A stretch of DNA of 64,000 nucleotides from Podarcis tiliguerta (lineage: Eukaryota). The stretch lies in the NCBI GenBank assembly GCA_965153285.1, contig OZ229117.1; one strand, 5' to 3'. A model generated the notes under the pieces. The model saw only the letters and a program-made list of their open reading frames with translations, searched no databases and had not been told where the DNA came from. Below, piece after piece: positions 46,690-64,000 of this stretch. The position numbers and the translations under genes are program-made. How positions within the stretch are numbered: the stretch's first letter is position 1; each line of letters starts with the position of its first letter.

Positions 46690-47760
46690 TGGGCAAGTTC
46701 CGTATCCAGAACGGAACTTTAAAGTTCGCTAATACGACCCGGCCGGACGCATGTCGTGAGCACAGCCGCAGCGGTGACTAGGCAGGCGTCTGACGTCATC
46801 ACTACCTGCCACGGCGCAGTCTCACCGCTAATCGTGTGACACCGCTACAGATACTTCCGCGGAGGAAACGAGTTCTGGGGCCAGTTACCGCGGTTCCAAG
46901 CGCCGAGCATTCTGTCTGGCCACGAAACGCGCCGGCCGGCGGCGACGGAGGACGCAGCAACGTTAATGGATGCAGCAGGCTATCGCCGCGCCGTGCTCTG
47001 AGAGAGGGCAGTCAGTGAGTCCCGGTCTCCAGATTCCTCCGCCTGCGGTATCGGTGCTGAGGCCGCGCCGCCGCCATTTTGGATGCCAGGCTCTAGCTAC
47101 TGCCGCCGCCGCCTTCGCCGTAGGGATCCGGCCCGGTGAGTGCCGCGCGGGGAGAGAGGAGGGGCGCTGCCAGGCAGGGTAGGTGTTGCTGCTGCTGCTT
47201 CTACTTCGGCAGTAGGATCCTAGGCCCGCCGCCGCTGCCCGGGGCAAGGCCCAGCCGCCGCCGCCTCCCACCCCGCCTCCCGGGACTGACTGAGCCTTGG
47301 CCGCCGAGGGCCCGGCCGCTTTCCGGTCGGTGGGTGGGTCGGCTGGCTAAGGGGAGAGGCGCCGGTTCCTAGAGCAAGAAGGGAGCGCGCTGCCGTGTTC
47401 CGCGAGGGTTGCTGCCGTCTGACTCGCCAGCTGGCTCGTGAGGCCTGGCGGGGCTGCTGCCCCTGCCGGAGCGGCCCTTCGCCCTCCCGGGCAAGAGGTG
47501 GCTGTTCCTCCGTCCGCTTCCCTTCTCCGCGCCGCCGCGTCCCGAGCAAAGGCCAGCCTAGGCGGTGCTCCTTAGCCCATGACTTCCCTCCCTCTATTCG
47601 AGGCGTTTTTCTCTTCGCCCGGCCAGTTCTGTCTCTGCTGTCGGCGGAAGTGCCTGTGGCCTCTTCTGTTATAGACGAGGAGAGTCTTCTCCGCGCGCCG
47701 CGCCGGAGTTCACCCCCGTACAGCTCGCCCGGGCTTCCGACGATCGGATCGGCTCCTATC
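46690..47760 (+). promoter_or_regulatory. AP1G1 CpG-island promoter and non-coding exon 1 (donor after 47135)
   Basis: Perfect CRE TGACGTCA at 46791-46798, ETS-like ACTTCCG near 46853, YY1-like CCGCCATTTT at 47071-47080, donor CG|GTGAGT. Confidence 0.75.
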
Positions 47761-50019
47761 TGAGGCCTGAAGGAAGAGACTCGCCTCGCCCCTTGACAGG
47801 CCTTGTGAGCAAGGGGCTTAGGAACACCTCGTCGGGGAGAGAGACTTGAGAGTCACTCCCGATTACGGCAGGGTCGACACTAGGAAAAGGCTCAAGGCTG
47901 TTGGATGTGGATTCCGACGCTTTGCAAAGAATGCCTGTTTTAGTGAGCGCTGGGGAAAGGAAAGGCCAAGACCACGGGTGGGTGCGGGGAAGTGAGAGGG
48001 CAGTCCAGCCAGCTGGCTCACCTGTCAACTTGACCTGAAGAAGCCATTGCAGTTCCTTTTTTTTTTGCCCTCCTGTCGAGAGGGAAATATTTGTTTATTT
48101 TTATTTAACGAAAGTTTTATTCCATTTCATTGGAAGAATTTCTAAGGGTCTTACAAATGAGATAAGCTGCTTTCCTGCTGCTTTCCTGCTGAGGTTAATG
48201 ATTGTGAAGGAGTTATCTAGCAGTACTCTTGTAGATGAGTAACAGTTGGAAGAGGGTTACTCAACATCTGCAGATCTTCTGAAACTTAACTTCATTTTAA
48301 TATGGATATTCCTGCCCATATCCTTAGTTGCTTCAGCTTGATTGCCCAGTTTTCTGTCCCCTAGACTGGAACTCCTTGCAGGAAACCCTTTGTGACAATC
48401 TCTTTCTCTTCTCTTCAAACACTTCCTCAAAACACATTTTCACTTTGAAGCCTGTTGTTTAATGCCTTTGGTTTCACCTTCATTGTTGCAACATGGAGTA
48501 TTTGCTCACATTTCTCCTTCATCTGCCATTTAAAATTTAGAAACTGTAAGCTCATATTGATGTGATTCTCTGCAAAGCATCATGTGGAATGATGGTGCTA
48601 CCTTATAACTAATGATTAACAGAACCTGTCTGACAGAGGGCCTCTCTTTTATAAAATGTCTAACTAGTGTATGCTGAAAATCCTCTGTGTCTCTTGAAAG
48701 AAATTGTGACAATTGGGCAGAATTGTTACATTGACTAAGTTTAGTGTAGTTCAAAGATATATCATGAGATGGAAGATTTGCTTTTAAATAGTATTGCAGA
48801 TGGAGTATGCTTGTCTTTTGTCTGAATACAGTGGTCTTTACCTTTGTTGAATTTCTGTTGGCTATGGGCAAGTGTCCAAAATTAGCCAGGTGCATTTTGC
48901 ACCTGACTATTGACCACTCGCAACCATGAGTTATATTTTATCTGCACAATCAGAATGAATTTCAGGAACCAAAATGCTTTTTCTGTGCAGCCTGAGCAAG
49001 AGCAACGTTAGTTAATTATTGTAGTTTGTCTTCACTTACCCCACCCCACTGGCCTTGTCGCAGTTGTGAAGAACATCCCTAAGTTATGAATGGTCAGTGT
49101 CACCATTAAGAAAAAGATGTAGGAATAGGCCAATATGTATGTGGACTGTCCCTGCATCAAGTGACTTTTCTTCTTTAAGTTCTCAAAGTTCTTAACCTAG
49201 TTCAAGGTAGTCATCTGAACTAGCCAGGTGTTTCACTGATAATCAATCACAATTAGTCCATCATTTGAAAAATAAGACTTTAGAGCCATCTTACCCTCAA
49301 ATGGCAACTAGATATTCCATTTTGGTGACTAACCTTGGTTTAAGGAGCCCTTTGGCACCTAACTTACATATCATAGTTTCTAACACTACTGTGAGCTTAT
49401 TCTGGATGTTTTTGTATTGGTAGTACACTTTCTTTCCAGCAGTATGGTTGAACTGTCACTGTTTTTGTTAACAATGCCTGGCTGTTAATTCAGGGTGTAC
49501 CTGCATTGAGGTGGTGAATTGCGTTCTGTGTCTCTCTTCCCAAACATAGTTAATAAACTTTACTTTGTGTGTTGGCTTGCATGTTGACCATCTTATGGCA
49601 GAGTTGGATTTTAGGAGTAGTTGCAGGTATTTTTGAACCAAAGACCTGTTTTCTTATTTTTTCTTCAGCTTGGGCATCTTCTGAGAGTTTTTTTGGGACC
49701 TGCAATCAGAAACTGTTTGTAATCTGAACAATGCTGTCTTGAGACCTCTTGCTACCTGCGGTAGATCTCAAATTTCTGTTCTGTAGGGCTAACCCTGTAC
49801 CATTCAAAGAGCAGTACAGCCTCCGTCTAGCTTTGGCCACCTCCATTATGCTGCCTGAAGTACGCTGTTTCATCCTGCTATGTATCAGGGCCCACCCTAA
49901 TTGTGAAAGTTCCGTTAAGAGTGTTGCTACTTTGAAAGAGTTCTTATATTTGGTTTATCTTGTGACTCATACCTTGGAGTACCTGAAGAGAGGTGGGGTC
50001 AACTTTAGTATAGCAAGAT

Positions 50020-50398
50020 AATAATCATAATAATAATTTATTATTTATACCCCGCCCATCTGGCTGGACCTCCCCAGCCACTCTGGGCGGCTTCCATAGA
50101 AACCAAAAATACAGTAAAATATCACACGTTAAAAACTTCCCTGAACAGGGCTGCCTTAAGATGTCTTCTGAATGTCAGGTAGTTGTTTATCGCTTTGACA
50201 TCTGCTGGAAGGGCGTTCCACAGGGTGGGCGCCACTACTGAGAAGGCCCTCTGCCTGGTTCCCTGTAGCTTTGCTTCTCGCAATGAGGGAACTGCCAGAA
50301 GACCCTTGGTGCTGGACCTCAGCGTCCGGGCAGAACGATGGGGGTGGAGACACTCCTTCAGGTATACTGGACCGAGGCCGTTTAGGGCTTTAAAGGTG
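50020..50398 (-). mobile_element. L2-type LINE 3' fragment
   Basis: (TAA)n tail followed by TTTATACCCCGCCCATCTGGCTGG..CTCTGGGCGGCTT..CAGGGCTGCCTT; a shorter related copy lies at about 52180-52282. Confidence 0.7.
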
Positions 50399-51065
50399 AG
50401 CTTTAGGACAGCCTTGCATGTAACAACTCACCTGGTAGTCATAGGCAACCAGAAATTCCATCCTGGTGAGTGAATGCCACATTAGACAGATAGCTATCAG
50501 AGCATTTCTTACTAAACATCTGTTTACCAGAGATTATTTTTAAAATGTCATAGAGGCACTTGTGGTATGTTGGCTACTCTGGAAGGTTGTGATTCACTAA
50601 GAAGCTCTTCCAAAGCGTCTTAGTAGAAGTTAGATCATGAGTACTTCTGGATTCTAGATCCTAACTGGGAGCTTTGGATGGAAACTCAAGCTGACTCATG
50701 AAACATGGAAGGAGCTGGCTCGCTGTGGGTCGTGTGCTTGCTCTGATCCACCAGGATCCTCCTGTGTAATTATGGCAACAGCTTCCTTTCCTAAGGAATC
50801 CACACAAATTTGGCAGTAAGTGGGTTGGAAGGCACGAGATGGAACAAGACTCTCTAGCAGGCATGGGTCTACCCTGGTTAGCACTTGGGAAAAGGGAAAT
50901 AATTCTGCTTCTCTGTCGCCAGAAGATCAGACCTGGAAGTCTGGTCAGTCTCCATTATCCTGCAACACCTGCAGTTTGTGCTGTGGTTTATTTTCCATAA
51001 ACCACCTTGGATACTCTGTGGAGGGACATAAATAATCTAATAACATGCATGAAGGAATAATGGCA

Positions 51066-51258
51066 TGGGGAAGGAATTCGGCTCAGTAGTGGAGCACCAG
51101 CTTTGCAAGTAGAAGGTGCCAGGGTCAATCTCCAGGTAGGGCTGGGGGAGAGCCCCTACCTGAAAGCCTGGAGAACAACTGCTAGTCAGTGTGGACCGTT
51201 CTGAGCTTGATGGACCAGTGGACTGACACAAACAGAAGGCAACTTACTATGTCCCTAT
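51066..51258 (+). mobile_element. tRNA-derived SINE with CR1-like tail
   Basis: A box GGCTCAGTAGTGG, degenerate B box, tail GAGCTTGATGGACCA..AAGGCAACTT..CCTATG; related fragment at about 46000-46128. Confidence 0.6.
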
Positions 51259-53595
51259 GTTGGTGGCAAATGTAAATTGTGGAATGAAAGAATATATAAC
51301 CGTAAATATTCCCTTAATGAGAAGCCTCCAGTTTGGAGACTGGTGGCTGTAGAGAGCTCTGATGAGATCTCTCTGCCTGAACAGAGTCCTCTGCTTTCAA
51401 CCAGCACATGGACCCATCTGTGAAGGGAGGCTGCAGACTTCTTGTCAACTTCATATTGTGTTGCGGGGGGCAGTGTTAGAGGAGTGTCTTGGGAAGCATG
51501 TTTGTTCTCGGTAGCAGAAAGGGAGGCTTTTGAAGAAGGGGAATCGTTTTTGCATGTTGATTTGGAAGCAAAGTACAGAAATATAGTTAATAGAATGAGG
51601 TTGGTTGGATAAATGTAAAATCACCCAGTAAACAGGACCGGGATAGGGGAACTATTTCTGCTAGCAGGAATGAAAACAGCCATTTGATCCCAAGAATGGG
51701 CTTGAGAGCACATTATTAGAGTTCAAGAAAACTTGACCGAGACTCAGTCCCTACCTGGATGGTTTGGAACTCCATGGAATCAGTTCATCTGTAGGTGACT
51801 GCCTGCTTGCTGCAGATGCTGCTGAAGGGAAGCCCTGCTCTGGGCCCCACCTATGGCATGTGGACATATGCAGTTAGGCTTTCTTGGTGATGGTGGAGGC
51901 TCCCTGGTTATGAGACTCTTCTCCATGGACTTAGCCGATGGCCTCCTTTTTCTCTTCAGGCAACAGGTCAGAACAGTATGGCTTGAGCCATGCATTTTTC
52001 AGATGTTTTTCCTCTGTGTGCGCCTTGGATTTTTATATTGCTGCTGCATTAGAGTGAGTTGTGCTGTTTTATTGTTATTAGGATTTATGATGGTGGTTCA
52101 GTGGTTTGAACATTTTGTTTTGGGATGGAAAAGTGGGAAATCAATGTTAAAGGAAAAAAATTAATGCTGAAGTTTTCAAATAATAATAATAATAATGCCC
52201 CACCCATCCGGCTGGGTTTCCAGCGCATATAAAACCATAAGATGTCAAGCATTAAAAACTTCACGATACAGGGCTGCCTTCATAAGTGAAAGGTTCATCA
52301 GAGACCATGTCTTTTACCCACCTGTTGACTGTAGTTTCCTTGACAGGTAGGACTGTTCAGCCTACCAAAGAGAGGCAGTTCAGAATACCTTGGAAGATGG
52401 TGGCCATCCAGCTTCTGCTTTAAAACCTTCCGAGGCTGGTGTGTGTAGTAATAGGTCTCCTCCATCCATCTGCAAGGTTGTACTAGGATGATTTGTGAGG
52501 TCCCCTTCCAGCTCTGTAGCTAGCAGCAGCAGCAGCAGCAGCATGACCTGAAAGTCATGTGTCCTTCTTTTGTTTCTCCTACTTGACAGCCACCTTCTTT
52601 TGAAGGTGGATGTGAGGAGGCCCTTACAAAATCAGCTTGGGAAACCAATGGGCTGGCACAAGTGGATTTCACAAGTAATAAGAGAGAACTTACAGTGGTT
52701 TCTGTAGCTTGTTGAACATCTAACCACATTTTGTAGTTTTTATGAAATGCATCAGTCAAAAATGTAGGCATCTACAGATGCTGAGTGCTCAGTCTAGAGC
52801 TGCGTAGTTTAGAATTTCTGTCCGTTATTTATTGCACAACCCTTAACAAGTGTAATCTCTGAATGGATTGGTGTAGTCACAGTTTGAATGCTCAACTAAA
52901 AGAGAGCCACAGCCCACTGTAATGTGACTTGTACTGATGAAGCAGCTTTAGAAGAGGCCTTGAGTTGGGCTACCTAGCTTCTTCCCATGGGTTTAAATAA
53001 TAGCATAGACTTTTCCTGGGTTTCATCGTTTGGGCTCAGGGGCTACCTGTTGGGCCTGCAAGTGCATTTGGAATCAGCTCTGGGTTCGGTCACATGTGAG
53101 AAGCAGCAGCAGTGCTGGTGTCCATTGAATGTTGGGCTCAGTTTTTAGTCAACCACTGGGCTGGGAGTATACTGAAGTAGTCTGCTTAAGGCTGTACTGG
53201 GAAAGTGGGGGAGGGGATGTCCCACCCTTCTGGAACTGTCCCACTCAGGCTCTGCTGTCCTTGCTTTGAAAAGGCCTCAGAAACAGCCATACTGAAGAGC
53301 CTGAAAGGGGCAGAGCTGTCTGGACGAAAAGGACTTGAATGAAACCCTGATTTGTCTCAATCAGGTACTCAGGAGTAAGATGTCACTTCGGCATGAAAAT
53401 TGTCTTCACAATGTTAATGATGCTTTATTGCTCATGTTCAGCTGGGCTAATTGAAACTTAGGTTTGCGTGTTTGGTCTAAAAATGTGTTCACTCTGTAAG
53501 TATTATTACATCATGGTAACAGTAAACTTAGATATGATTTACTGTGTATGAGATGTATTTACAGACACATGCATTTTATATTCCAAAGAACAATA

Positions 53596-53840
53596 CAGTT
53601 GTACCTTGGTTCTCGAACAGAATCCATTCCGGAAGTCCGTTTGACTTCCAGAAATGTTCAAAAACCAAGGTACAGCTTCTGATTGGCTTCAGGAGCTTCC
53701 TGCACTCAGTTGGAAGCTGTGTAAGCCGCATTGGATGTTTGGCTTCCAAAAAAGTTTGTAAATTGGAACACTTCTGTATTTGCGCGTTCGGGAGCCAAAA
53801 CATTCGAGTCACAAAGCATTTGAGAACCAAGATACAACTG
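53596..53840. mobile_element. Tc1/mariner-pogo-type MITE
   Basis: TIRs CAGTTGTACCTTGGTTCTCG / TGAGAACCAAGATACAACTG with TA target duplication on both sides. Confidence 0.85.
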
Positions 53841-54768
53841 TACAATATCATAATGACCATTCTCATTCGTAAAAGTAATGTACGTATTAGTATTATGCAG
53901 TAGTGTATGCTGGGCCTTGAAAATAATACTTTTTCCTCCTAACTTGTGGATAATTTATTTCAGTTTGTTTGGCAGATAAACAGACCAGGGTAGCAGAGAG
54001 TGACCCATGCATTGGGGCCAAAGGCTGCTTTGAAATATAATGGGAGTTTCCTTTATTTGAAAAGCAAATCCAGAGTGAAGTAGAATATTTGGGTTTGAGC
54101 CAGAGGTGTTCCTGTGGTTTGCTAGATCCTGTAAATAAGCCTTCACCTTGGGGCAGGCATAATTTGGTTTGCTTCAACTGCATAATTTGGTTTGCTTCAA
54201 CCTCAGGTTTGTTTTCACAAGCAGGGCTTAATCCAAGGCTCAGGAAGGTTGTGCAGGGTTGCTGATTAATCTAGGACTTTTGCCTTATTTGGGGATGGCA
54301 GAAGGAGGGAGGAGGCTCCTATCTGTGCTAGTATGCAAATTTAGGCAGAAATTCCTGGTGATTAGGGACAGCCACAGGAAGAAAGAAACCGGTTCTTGGG
54401 TTTGCCATGAGAGGTGAGCTGTGTGTGTTGTAAAGAGCACATGCAGTCAGTTTATCACCAGCCTTAGTCTGCCACCCATTCCGCCATGCAGTAGTGGAGA
54501 CGGAGCTGCAGCGAATACATCATGACATACCTTGGCAACAGAGCCATATCTCTTTCCTTACTACAGCTATCTTAAGCCACTTGGCAGGGAAGACAGACTT
54601 TTTGAGGCTGAAGTATTCTGGAGTCCCAGCTGTGGCAGAGACGGCTGACTTGGGATAAACACCGTGGATTGAACCATAGCGAGTTCTGTCAGTATAACCA
54701 ATGCCAGCTAGGAGACCCTACCAGCCTCTCTCTACAGTTTCTCATGGGGTACTGTTTTAAAGACTTAA

Positions 54769-64000
<9,232 letters not shown>

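Noticed and set aside
54157-54202. 23-bp tandem duplication (and a 14-bp one near 12233-12263)
   Set aside because: Two-copy local slippage duplications in introns with no spacer structure; not an array.

Overview
Vertebrate genomic DNA. The SINE, MITE, L2 and Penelope-like repeats resemble those of squamates, probably a lacertid lizard (inference from recalled repeat families). The window holds the conserved block PKD1L3(+), IST1(-), ZNF821(+), ATXN1L(-), AP1G1(+, runs off the 3' end), with the same relative order and orientation as human 16q22.2. I traced the exons of all five genes by hand, and frames and phases close. Two things do not belong to the known block. (1) Inside an IST1 intron (~28.2-29.5 kb, antisense to IST1) is a head-to-tail array of decayed first coding exons from unrelated genes: IMPDH1, USP7, CCNL2/CCNL1 and CDC42BPB, plus two unidentified coding-like modules. 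Each recognised piece stops where I recall the parent exon's splice donor lies, and the array is followed by a LINE-like AT-rich tail. This looks like a spliced, retroposed exon-capturing element. (2) Directly upstream of PKD1L3 is an extra PKD1L2-like polycystin gene, in frame across 13 exons if one weak donor is used. It encodes GPS, a degenerate PLAT and 5 TM helices, then stops before the 6-TM channel module. Smaller features include a solo LTR, two GC-AG introns, the 9-nt AP1G1 microexon and a perfect 22-bp hairpin. Protein identities come from recalled sequences; no database search was run.
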